A DNA stretch of 64,000 bases from an uncultured Prevotella sp. (GTDB lineage: Bacteria > Bacteroidota > Bacteroidia > Bacteroidales > Bacteroidaceae). The stretch's first letter is position 1. Every line of letters begins with the position of its first letter. Location: NCBI GenBank assembly GCA_946546165.1, contig CAMNNX010000001.1, forward strand, positions 25,716 through 89,715, read 5' to 3'. The position numbers were made by a program, and so were the translations under genes. Below, piece after piece: positions 10,701 to 20,620 of the stretch. Under the pieces are notes generated by a model. That model had not been told where the DNA came from, made no database searches, and saw only the letters and a program-made list of their open reading frames with translations.

Positions 10701-10942
10701 CGACCGTTAGGACGCTTCTCGGTCATGTCGCTCTGGCGCAGTTCCGTGACGGGTATGTAGATGCCCTCCTGGCTGTGGTAGTAGAGCAGGTCGAATATCT
10801 GCTCGCCGGTGATGAAGTCTGCTGTCTCGCAGAAGGCATACTTCAGGATCTTTCCGTTAGGGAAAGCCAACTGTTCGGCTGGGTTGAATTCTTTCTCGGT
10901 GGTGATGAAATGAATTCCGCTGTTCGCAATGAGGTGTTCCAT
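7745..10942 (-). CDS. srfB: SrfB-family virulence factor-like protein (actin/Hsp70-fold ATPase)
   Basis: LIANSGIHF N-terminus, WLPMPMF, VDLVLDIGNSRTCG, SSPKRYLWD, DEASCCQLVYLY, SIDIGAGTTD, LAGRPSSL; 1065 aa. Confidence 0.9.
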   Translation of the reverse strand: MEHLIANSGIHFITTEKEFNPAEQLAFPNGKILKYAFCETADFITGEQIFDLLYYHSQEGIYIPVTELRQSDMTEKRPNGREELDDAGMMRMKKDESTALFSSYHDGDSEIFNINSLAGYRVKDQNGQICQAFDLLLGKWLPMPMFEKEVDGVTAGDPFTWCRVRIDCIGPGQKKGSNRYRFIWAFDTTLGNMDIDASTSNTIYFSDDMDESLVHYKQPFFYDDEEDQKEFCLCNRADELLDFMSVSDYFSAFADYFSSLMGQHNRTESRKYIGYFIYLVNFLRNIGAAPEITLHNNQRKTVDVDLVLDIGNSRTCGVLFEEGDFTKACMLEVRDLSDPSVTYEKSYDMRLAFRKADFGNAIVLDDGTFEWKSLVRIGDEAKRLVYRSLEEDGLSEKTTNYSSPKRYLWDLKPYDGRWEFLTTVDDPSNVRLADNVYISGLSDLFDHAGNYIGPDGTDANPDGGNYSRSALMTFVLIEILQQANTQINGIKFRTKHGNLDCKRVLRNIIITCPTAMPQQEQEKLRHCAEDAIAALHHCTPGFDTPKVIPTSASLRVKDDDMDSKARMWSYDEASCCQLVYLYAEIAQRYDGEIDKFFKLKGHVRPEEKAEGYEGKSLTIGSIDIGAGTTDVMICSYQYQGEGRSKLTPTPLYWDSFYLAGDEILHNLIQNLVIEGKPHDNPNLGNIYSALYARLKNMSDDELQMLPCLKDNQVYRGKVYDIVIEKDNPERRTTLLKAFASNLLRDFFGFDSSMMTHRDRRCRVDFNTQISVPIAQHFMEQLRLKRPLRTFTFDDLFGKLKPADYLLDYFEQHFGFSFTELNWRFDPQEVATIVKNTLEPLMKQLSVVLYAYHCDVLILAGRPSSLDAITELFIKYIPIAPDRLIRLNDYRVGTWYPFADGQGYFYDQKSVVAVGGMVGYLAANQGFNGMSIDFSRMIKNMKSTACYMGNYNARRQQVPTAFLTPTNGSATIDIAVFPAFIGCKQFNSPLYQARPLYAIYNNSSHPSLRITLSRNYYESREDLVIEEAMDEEGNTLPKREVELVLQSLVDDGQYWLDKGEFELSVK

Positions 10943-11081
10943 CTGTTATATGTTTATCGGTTTTTGTTTTGTCTTGGGTTTTGGGGGCGGTGCCCTTTTG
11001 GCTTGCTGGGTAGGCCGTTGGTCTTGGGTGCCATTTTGGCTTGTGAGTTAGTGGTGCATAGGGGCACTGCATTACACTTTG

Positions 11082-11089
11082 CAAATTTA
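11082..11089 (-). promoter_or_regulatory. Bacteroidetes -7 promoter element for the srfB operon
   Basis: TAAATTTG on the minus strand matches TAnnTTTG, about 140 bp upstream of the srfB ATG. Confidence 0.6.
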
Positions 11090-11210
11090 AACATTTTTTC
11101 TTAAACCTGCAAATCTTTTTCCGTTTTTTTTATGCTCCTCTTTGGAAATTCAGGTTTCGCATGATGATGGAGTAAAGAGTTGACCCCAAGATGGGCAGCG
11201 CCTGAGAAAC

Positions 11211-11681
11211 TTAATTTACAGAATTTAGTGTGCCGAACTGCTCCCGCCGTTCCTTCGGGCTCATGTGGGCATAGCGGCGCCATTCCGTGGCCTCGTCCTG
11301 ACGTGTGTAGTCCAGGTCGCGCTCGTGGCGGTAGGCCTCCAGTTCGAAGGGGTTCAGCCGGTAGGCGGCATTCTTCATCCGCCTGTTCTGGGGCAGGGCC
11401 CTTACGTAGTACCAGCCGTAGAGCAGGTAGAACAGCAGCCACGAGTTGCGGGTCGACCGGGCCTGCAGCAGATGTATCTTCTCGTGGTTCTTCATTACGC
11501 TGCCCTTCTGTTCGTACCTTTTCCGTTCCTCATCGTCGGGCACGATGACGGTGCCGAAAAAGGTCAGTCCGGCATAGCCCTTGCGCAGCCAGAAACTGTT
11601 GCGCAGCACCGCCATGTCGCTGACGCGCCGCGGCCGCCTCGACCGCCAGATGACGGAGAATATCTTCAGCGGGTTGTCCAT
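11211..11681 (-). CDS. Small HExxH putative zinc metallopeptidase-like membrane-associated protein
   Basis: 156 aa; NHEKIHLLQ (HExxH), hydrophobic WLLFYLLYGWYY, NPFELEAY distal Glu motif; TATTTTTG promoter element at 11797-11804 (-). Confidence 0.7.
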   Translation of the reverse strand: MDNPLKIFSVIWRSRRPRRVSDMAVLRNSFWLRKGYAGLTFFGTVIVPDDEERKRYEQKGSVMKNHEKIHLLQARSTRNSWLLFYLLYGWYYVRALPQNRRMKNAAYRLNPFELEAYRHERDLDYTRQDEATEWRRYAHMSPKERREQFGTLNSVN

Positions 11682-11882
11682 CTCAGCGGCAAGAGTTTTT
11701 CTGTTGTCGTTTTGTCTATAAAGAGGTAACCGTCTTTATGGATATTCTCAGAACTCTGTCCTAAAGGGTCTTTCATAAGGTGTTGCCGATTTTTTGCAAA
11801 AATACAATCTATTTCTGAACTGGGCGACGGTTTTACACTATTTAACGCTTTGGGCGGAACTAGTGGCTTACGACCTACCGCG

Positions 11883-12015
11883 CACCCCGTTTGAAGCCTC
11901 CATTCACCCCGTTTGGAGCCTCCATTCACCCCTTTTGAAGCCTCCAAACGCCCCGTTTGAAGCCTTCATTCACCCCGTTTGGAGCCTCCAAACGCCTCGT
12001 TTGAAGCCTCCAAAC
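11883..12015. repeat. 22-bp tandem array, 6 units, core GTTTG(A/G)AGCCTCCA(TT/AA)C
   Basis: Cores start at 11889, 11911, 11933, 11955, 11977, 11999, an exact 22-bp period. Confidence 0.95.
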
Positions 12016-12060
12016 TATGTGGCGGATTACTTCGAAGGAACGTCATCTACGCGCCAAAAG

Positions 12061-12126
12061 TATGGCACTTTACGATCGAAGATATGGCACTTTACGATCG
12101 AAGATATGGCACTTTACGACTGAAGA
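12061..12126. repeat. 22-bp tandem array TATGGCACTTTACGATCGAAGA x3
   Basis: TATGGCAC at 12061, 12083, 12105. Confidence 0.95.
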
Positions 12127-12143
12127 TGGCATAGTTTACAGGG

Positions 12144-12226
12144 GTAAAGTCCTATCGGAACGAGTCGAAGATGACGTCGGAACGACTGTAAAGTCCTGTC
12201 GGAACGAGCCGAAAATGGCGTCGGAA
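12144..12226. repeat. 22/44-bp tandem array with TCGGAA core x4
   Basis: TCGGAA at 12155, 12177, 12199, 12221; GTAAAGTCCT at 12144 and 12188. Confidence 0.9.
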
Positions 12227-12321
12227 AGCGTTGAGCGCAATTCTTTTGTAACTCTTTTTTATTAATTAAGAAATATGAAAATTTTATTAATTAAGTAATT
12301 AAAAAATTATTAATAAGATAA

Positions 12322-12432
12322 TGACAGATGTGACAGATGACAGATGTATTTAAAAAAATATTCGCGTACCGCGTGCGTGCGCGGTACGCGATGGGTTTTA
12401 CAAATTGTATCTGTCATCTGTCACATCTGTCA
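12322..12432. repeat. Nested coaxial perfect inverted repeats (24-bp outer arms, 12-bp inner arms)
   Basis: TGACAGATGTGACAGATGACAGAT (12322-12345) / ATCTGTCATCTGTCACATCTGTCA (12409-12432); TCGCGTACCGCG (12362-12373) / CGCGGTACGCGA (12380-12391). Confidence 0.95.
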
Positions 12433-12512
12433 CCGACTTGCCAGTCCGGTTTGTGTTCTTGTTGTCCGCAGTTTGTTTTCATGAGTGCAAAGATACAAAA
12501 AAAATATGGTAA

Positions 12513-14723
<2,211 letters not shown>

Positions 14724-14749
14724 CCGAAAGCGTCGCGACCGCCCTGCGA

Positions 14750-17317
14750 CTAGAAACTGAAGGCGATGACGTAGCGCATGCCCCAGCGCGGACTGCCAGG
14801 CAGTTCGGTGTAACTGAGGCGTCGCACGTACTCCACGTGGAAGAACTTGAAGATGTTGTGCACGCCGAGCACCATCTCGGCATAAGGCTTTTTCTCCATC
14901 ACGTGGCTACCTTCGGGGAAGTACATCAGCACGGGGCTGCCGGCATTCTCGGCCAGCAGAGGGTTGTTCTTGTCTGACAGGCTGCCCCACAGCATGCGGA
15001 TGCCCAGATACTCGCGCCAGTGCAGTTTCTTCAGCAGCGGCACACGGTTGAAGATCTTACCGTTCAGGTCCCACGACATCATCAGCGACGCATACTTGTC
15101 GTTCATGAACTCCATCGGTCTGACGAGGTTGAACGTCTCCGGGGCGATGATGTACGACTGGTTGGCGGCCGGATGGAGCAGCAGGGGGTATGGCACCTGG
15201 TCCCATTGCTTGCCGGCCTTGACGTGTACGTCGACCTTGCCCCAACTGTTCAGCCAGAAGCGCTTGTAGAGATGGGCCTCGGTGACGTGGTAGTTGTACT
15301 GTCCGCCCAGCACTTTGTTCAGCCCCATGGTGTAGGAGAGGCTGATGACGGGGGCGTCGAGGTTGATGGTACGTCGGCGCAACTTGTTGTTGATATAGGT
15401 TTCGCCGGGCGCATAGCGCAGCGAGGCGCCAATCTCCGTGGTGCGCATATATTCACCGTTGCCATGCTTGCTCTCCATCTCGGGGGGCAGGGCAGGGGTG
15501 TTGAGTGTGCGGAACGACATGGCGCCGCAGGCCTCGTTTTCTTCTGTCTTGCCGTAGACGGTGGCCTTCAGACCCCAGTCGGTCTCGTATTCGAAGGTCA
15601 GGCGCTGGCGATTGTAGAGCATCATCTTGTTGGTCTCCGTCCATTTCAGAGCCACCATGAAGTTATCCTTGTCGGTGTCGAGGAAGCGGTCGCTGGGCGA
15701 GCATACGTCGTAGGTGCTCTGGAAGGTCAGCGTGCGGCGCGGGAACTCGTGGGGCAGGTAGTTCTTCTTGTTGAGCGAGTAGGTGATCTCGCCGCTGTAA
15801 TAGTTCTTTTTGCTGCCCCAGCCGTGGGCATAGTAGCCTGAGAGGAAGAGGTGTGGATTGAGGTTGGCCGTTGTCTTGGCGCTCAGTCGGCTGCGGAAAC
15901 CGTCCACCCAGTTGCTTGTCAGTATGGTGTTTACCGGACAGATGTCGATGTAGTTGGGGTCGTGGGTCTCGATAGAGTTCTCGAAGAGTGCCTTCAGTCC
16001 GAAGATGACATACTTCATGCCCTTCGTGTTGGCTATGTTGTTGATGAAGGTGTTCATCTTGCTCTCGCTCTTGGTCAGTTCCACCTGGCGGTAATGGTTC
16101 CAGAACTTATCGTCGCGCATCTCGGCGCTGGCCTCTACCATCTTGTCGCTCTTGTTGCGGAAGAGTTTGTTGGGCAGCGGCTCGAAGGCATATTCCGACA
16201 GACGTGTGGTGCGTGTGATGAGCACGCTGCGCACGAAAGAGAACAGTTTCAGTTCGGTGGCCATGTCGTCGACGGTCTGCACCCACTGGCCGTCAGGCAG
16301 CCGTTGGTATTCCTGCGTCACCTGCATGTTCTCCACGAAGTTGACGTTGCTCTGCTTGGGAATGGTCAGTTGGGCACGACGGATGTGGAGTGTCGAGTCG
16401 TCGAGGATGAACAATTCGCCGCGGAAACCCATGTCCTGCTGGTTGTTGGGCAGGAAGTTCAGATGGATGCAGCGGTCGTTGTCGACCATCACCGTGTCTT
16501 CGATATAGAAGCGGTAGAAATTGATGCCCTCGTTGGACATCGGCGAGATGAAGGGGTACTGCAGCAGGCGCACCACGTCTTTGTAGAGGTCGACATCGGT
16601 GAAGACATCCTTGATGACGGTATTGAGGATGTCGCCGGTCTGGAAGAAGTCGTTGACACCTTTCGAGGTCTGTCCGGTGATGATGGTCTTCTCCGACTTG
16701 GGACTTTTGCGATAGACACGCTGCGAGACGGTCTCGTCGACGCTGATGGGCAGTATCAACTTGCCCGTGTAGACACTTGGCTCCACCTGCTCCAGCAGCC
16801 ACGGGTTCTTCGAGAAGGGCGGCTGTTCGAGTTGCTCCGGCGTTAGGTCGTTGAGCGAGAGGGTCAGTTTCTCATATTTATTGTACGAGAAATAGTCGTT
16901 GTTGTGCAGGTCGGTCTCTTTCTTTGCTGCCACGACGCGTCGCATCAGTTCCACGGCGGGGTTGTTCTTGCGGCTGTAGCGATTGCGCTTGGTACGCACG
17001 GTGACCTCTTGCAGTTGCTTCGCATCGGGCTTCAGTTTGATGTTCTGTTTGCTGCGTGTCTTGCTGTTGATGGCGATGATGCGCGGTTTGTAGCCCAAGG
17101 CACTGAAGGTGAGGTTCCACCCCTCGTGGCGCTCTATGGCATAGAAGCCTTTTGTATCGCTCACGGCGGCAAGGTTGTGCCCCTTGTAGGTGATGCTCGC
17201 ACGAGGGATGGTGTCGCCTGTGGCTTCGTCGATGACGTAGCCGGTGATGATTCGCTCTTGTGCCATTGCTGCCAGCGTCAGACAGAAGAAGAGTGAAATA
17301 GTAAGTAGTCGTTTCAT
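14750..17317 (-). CDS. Outer-membrane protein with carboxypeptidase-like regulatory domain and DUF5686-type barrel
   Basis: Signal peptide MKRLLTISLFFCLTLAAMAQ; ITGYVID...LTFSALGY; KNNPAVELMRRVV; C-terminal Phe (AFSF). Confidence 0.85.
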   Translation of the reverse strand: MKRLLTISLFFCLTLAAMAQERIITGYVIDEATGDTIPRASITYKGHNLAAVSDTKGFYAIERHEGWNLTFSALGYKPRIIAINSKTRSKQNIKLKPDAKQLQEVTVRTKRNRYSRKNNPAVELMRRVVAAKKETDLHNNDYFSYNKYEKLTLSLNDLTPEQLEQPPFSKNPWLLEQVEPSVYTGKLILPISVDETVSQRVYRKSPKSEKTIITGQTSKGVNDFFQTGDILNTVIKDVFTDVDLYKDVVRLLQYPFISPMSNEGINFYRFYIEDTVMVDNDRCIHLNFLPNNQQDMGFRGELFILDDSTLHIRRAQLTIPKQSNVNFVENMQVTQEYQRLPDGQWVQTVDDMATELKLFSFVRSVLITRTTRLSEYAFEPLPNKLFRNKSDKMVEASAEMRDDKFWNHYRQVELTKSESKMNTFINNIANTKGMKYVIFGLKALFENSIETHDPNYIDICPVNTILTSNWVDGFRSRLSAKTTANLNPHLFLSGYYAHGWGSKKNYYSGEITYSLNKKNYLPHEFPRRTLTFQSTYDVCSPSDRFLDTDKDNFMVALKWTETNKMMLYNRQRLTFEYETDWGLKATVYGKTEENEACGAMSFRTLNTPALPPEMESKHGNGEYMRTTEIGASLRYAPGETYINNKLRRRTINLDAPVISLSYTMGLNKVLGGQYNYHVTEAHLYKRFWLNSWGKVDVHVKAGKQWDQVPYPLLLHPAANQSYIIAPETFNLVRPMEFMNDKYASLMMSWDLNGKIFNRVPLLKKLHWREYLGIRMLWGSLSDKNNPLLAENAGSPVLMYFPEGSHVMEKKPYAEMVLGVHNIFKFFHVEYVRRLSYTELPGSPRWGMRYVIAFSF

Positions 17318-17324
17318 CAGTGTT

Positions 17325-17765
17325 TCAAAATGCTTGTGTGTCCGGGCATACGTCAAACTCGTCTTGCCATGCTTGGAAGTAGGCGGGCTTGTCGGTCATC
17401 AGTTGACCCTCAGGGTCAATGAATAGTTGTGTGGTGCTGCCGGTGGCGCAGAGCACGTGGTCGCGCTCGCGGTAGACCTCGTAGTCGTAGTCGAGACGTG
17501 CACCCAGTTTGGGCACGTAGCGTGTGTGGATCTCTGCTATATCGTTGATTTCCAGAGGGGCGAAGTAGCGCAGGTGCATGTCGTAGATGGGTGCATAGAT
17601 GCCCTCGCGCTGCATGTCGGCATAGCCGATGCCCGGATAGTGGCGTCCGAACGACTCGCGTCCGTCCTCGAAATAGGTGACATACGACCCGTGCCAGGCG
17701 CGTCGCATAGAGTCTATCTCGCTGAACTTGACGGGAATGCGGCAAATGTCGGTCAATTCTTTCAT
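17325..17765 (-). CDS. Acyl-CoA/ACP thioesterase (4HBT/YbgC hotdog fold)
   Basis: VKFSEIDSMRRAWHGSYVTYFEDGRE motif. Confidence 0.9.
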   Translation of the reverse strand: MKELTDICRIPVKFSEIDSMRRAWHGSYVTYFEDGRESFGRHYPGIGYADMQREGIYAPIYDMHLRYFAPLEINDIAEIHTRYVPKLGARLDYDYEVYRERDHVLCATGSTTQLFIDPEGQLMTDKPAYFQAWQDEFDVCPDTQAF

Positions 17766-18343
17766 TTAAAGGCGAAATTGGTGAACTCGTAGTTCGTGTA
17801 GTTGCCGCGTTTGTCGTTGAGGCGCAGCGACTTCATGGCCGATGTGCGTGCGTCGATGGTGAGCACGAGCGAGGTGAACATGATGCGTCGCTGCTGCTTC
17901 TTGTTGGCTGCCTGGGGGGTGATGGTGAGCACCAGGTCGCTGCCCTGGCGGTTGATGTTCAGGTCGGCGTATTTCGACAGGTCGCCGCCACCGGCAAGGA
18001 TGGCCTCGAAGACAGCCTGGAAGGTGGCAAATTGTGGATTGCCCTCGCTTGTGGTCTTCTGTTTGCGGCCTCCGGCCACCATGGTGAAGGCGCTGCCTTC
18101 CATGAGCAGCATGTCCTTGCCGCCGTCGATGCTGATGCACACATGGGCGGGCTTTTTCATCTCGAGCGTGCCCGTGGTCACCATGTCGTCTTTGACAGCC
18201 GAGCGGTGCAGGCTCTTCGTGGCCTTGGCGGTCATCGTGGTGGCGTTTTTGTATTTCTCGACGACTTTCTGGAAGTCAGCGTTCTGTGCCATGCCGGAGA
18301 TTGTCTGGCAGAGCAACAGAGTAAGTAGTATGATCTTTTTCAT
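17762..18343 (-). CDS. LolA-like outer-membrane lipoprotein/lipid carrier protein
   Basis: Signal peptide; TGTLEMKKPAHV; C-terminal DKRGNYTNYEFTN; lipid-cluster context; 4-bp overlap with the thioesterase. Confidence 0.75.
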   Translation of the reverse strand: MKKIILLTLLLCQTISGMAQNADFQKVVEKYKNATTMTAKATKSLHRSAVKDDMVTTGTLEMKKPAHVCISIDGGKDMLLMEGSAFTMVAGGRKQKTTSEGNPQFATFQAVFEAILAGGGDLSKYADLNINRQGSDLVLTITPQAANKKQQRRIMFTSLVLTIDARTSAMKSLRLNDKRGNYTNYEFTNFAFK

Positions 18344-18381
18344 ATCTGGTAAATAATTGATTCAATTTTCGGAAGTCCTTG

Positions 18382-18438
18382 AACTTCTTAACTTCTTAAC
18401 TTCTTAACTTCTTAACTTCTTAACTCCTTTAACTCCCC
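18382..18438. repeat. 8-bp simple sequence repeat (AACTTCTT)5 plus degenerate units
   Basis: Direct reading; intergenic between fabG and the lolA-like gene. Confidence 0.95.
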
Positions 18439-18439
18439 A

Positions 18440-19168
18440 TCAAGTGTACAGTCCTCCGTTGATTTGGATGACGTTGCCCGTGATGTAGCCGGCAGAGGGT
18501 GATGCCAGGAAGGCCACGAGGTCGGCTACCTCCTCGGGGGTGCCGAAGCGGTTGGCAGGGATGGTCTTCTTCAGTGCTGCCTCGTCGAGACCCTCCACCA
18601 TGTCGGTTTTGATGAAGCCGGGGGCCACGGCATTGACGGTGATGCCGCGCTTGGCCACCTCCTGTGCCAGGGCCTTGGTGGCAGCGATGAGTCCGCCCTT
18701 GGCTGCCGAGTAGTTGGTCTGGCCGGGCAGTCCCTTGATGCCGCTGACGCTGGCCATGTTTATGATACGGCCGAACTTGTGCATCTGCATGCTGGGCAGC
18801 AGGGGCTGGGTGACGTTGAAGAAACCGTTGAGCGTGGTGTTGAGCACGCTGCTCCAGTCGTCGGCAGGCATCAGGGCCATCACGTTGTCGCGGCGGATGC
18901 CGGCATTGTTGACCACCACCTCGATGTAGTCGTCGGGATGGGCCTGCTGCCAGGCATCGAGGGCCTCGCGGGTCTGCTGCATCTGTCCCACGTCGAAGCG
19001 CAGCATCTCTCCGTCCTGTCCGTTCTCGCGTACCAGGGCGAGCGTCTTCTCAGCCTCGGTGGTATTGTTCACATAATTAATAATAATGTGGTAGCCCATC
19101 TGTGCCATTTTCACGCACACAGCGCGACCGATGCCGCGGCTGCCGCCAGTAATTAAAGCGTATTTCAT
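18440..19168 (-). CDS. fabG: 3-oxoacyl-ACP reductase
   Basis: TGGSRGIG, NNAGI, YSAAK, NAVAPGFIKTDM SDR motifs. Confidence 0.92.
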   Translation of the reverse strand: MKYALITGGSRGIGRAVCVKMAQMGYHIIINYVNNTTEAEKTLALVRENGQDGEMLRFDVGQMQQTREALDAWQQAHPDDYIEVVVNNAGIRRDNVMALMPADDWSSVLNTTLNGFFNVTQPLLPSMQMHKFGRIINMASVSGIKGLPGQTNYSAAKGGLIAATKALAQEVAKRGITVNAVAPGFIKTDMVEGLDEAALKKTIPANRFGTPEEVADLVAFLASPSAGYITGNVIQINGGLYT

Positions 19169-20544
19169 ATTTCTTTCTGTTTTAATAGTGATTCACATGT
19201 TAGGAATGCCGTTTTGGTCACGCCCTCCACACCATGCAGCATGAGGCTCTGACCTGTCTGCAGCAGGTTGTCGACCGGTGTGCGCACAGACAGCATGCTG
19301 AGCATCGGTGTCTGCCAGTCTTTGCGTATGCCGTAGGCCGACCCTTGAGGTGTCAGGGTATAGTCGCGATAGGTGAGGGGGGTGCTGATGTAGCGCTCTG
19401 CCACCATCTCGCCCAGACGGGGGATGACCCGCTCAGCAAGGGCGATACATTTGTCGGCCCATTGCTCCTTCTGCGCCTCGTAGTCAGCGCCGCGATGGCC
19501 GATGGTTGTGTCTGCCCAGCGTTCGCACCACGCCCAGGGCAGCGGTGTCAGCAGGTCTACCTGCAACGTGTCGCCCTCAGGCACGCGACAGCCCACCATC
19601 ACGCGGTCAATCTGCGTGGGCGTGTCCCACACGTTGGTTTCGCTGTAGACGAAGTGGTTGTGGTTGAAGTAGGGTAAGACCCCGGGCTTCAGGCGCAGCG
19701 AGACGGTCAGCATACCACGGGTGTTTTCTGTCTGTGTCATCCGTCGGCGGTAGATGGGCTTCAGGATGCTGACCAGCGAACAGGTCACGGCAGGGTGGGC
19801 ATCGCTGATGAAGATGCGTCCCTCGTAGGTCTCGCCGTTGCTGCAGCGGGCAGCGGTGATGCGACCCTCGTGGGACAGCAGTTCTTCGACCTCTGCCTTG
19901 CAGACGATGGTGCCGCCATAGGCCTTTATGTCGTCGACAAGTGAGCGCACCAGCAGGTTGCCGTCGCCCTTCAGTCGCCAACTGCTCTCGATGAAACTGG
20001 CGTTGCCGTGGGCAAAGACAAACAGTGGTAGCGACTCCTTGCGCAGTTCCATCTTCAGTGCCGAGCCGCCCAGCACCTGGATGAGCAACGGGTCGGTGAA
20101 GACTCGGTTCAGATAGTCCCAGGCACTGACATCGATGGCATTCTCGCCACTTTGCAGCATCCCGGTATACTGGCGCAGGGCTTCGCGTTCAGAAGGGAAG
20201 TCATGGGCGAGGGTCTCCACAAAATGGTCGTAGCCTTCAGCAAAGCGATAGGTGCGCTCGCCGATGGTGATACGGTCGAAACCGTCGGCATCGAGCCGCT
20301 GCCACGGCAGACGGAGCAGGTTGAGTCGCTCAAAATTCTGATGCAGGGCTTGTCCCTCAGCGAGGCCGCCGATATAGTGGAGACCGGTGTCGTAGTGCAT
20401 CCCGTGGCGCGGGTAACTCTGCATGCAGCCGCCGGGCTGGGCCTGACGCTCCAGCACCAGCACGCTCATACCGCGGCGGGACAGAATGTGTGCACACTCC
20501 AGTCCGCCCAGTCCGCTGCCTATGATCACTACGTCGTATGTCAT
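19165..20544 (-). CDS. FAD-dependent oxidoreductase, phytoene desaturase/retinol saturase family
   Basis: IIGSGLGG dinucleotide-binding motif, DTGLHYIGG, STPLTYRDY..GSAYG, TGQS..HGV. Confidence 0.88.
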   Translation of the reverse strand: MTYDVVIIGSGLGGLECAHILSRRGMSVLVLERQAQPGGCMQSYPRHGMHYDTGLHYIGGLAEGQALHQNFERLNLLRLPWQRLDADGFDRITIGERTYRFAEGYDHFVETLAHDFPSEREALRQYTGMLQSGENAIDVSAWDYLNRVFTDPLLIQVLGGSALKMELRKESLPLFVFAHGNASFIESSWRLKGDGNLLVRSLVDDIKAYGGTIVCKAEVEELLSHEGRITAARCSNGETYEGRIFISDAHPAVTCSLVSILKPIYRRRMTQTENTRGMLTVSLRLKPGVLPYFNHNHFVYSETNVWDTPTQIDRVMVGCRVPEGDTLQVDLLTPLPWAWCERWADTTIGHRGADYEAQKEQWADKCIALAERVIPRLGEMVAERYISTPLTYRDYTLTPQGSAYGIRKDWQTPMLSMLSVRTPVDNLLQTGQSLMLHGVEGVTKTAFLTCESLLKQKEI

Positions 20545-20620
20545 TTTTTCTCTCTCTTTCTTGATAGAACAGGCCTTAGTCCTGATAGACGGTCCTTAGC
20601 CTCTTTTTTGCCCCTTGGCC

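Noticed and set aside
11883-12226. CRISPR array interpretation of the 22-bp repeats (also 44940-45002 and 57826-57920)
   Set aside because: Units are contiguous with only 5-7 variable bases, there are no 25-45 bp unique spacers, and no cas genes are present. The GTTTC...GAAAC resemblance to CRISPR repeat ends is not sufficient.
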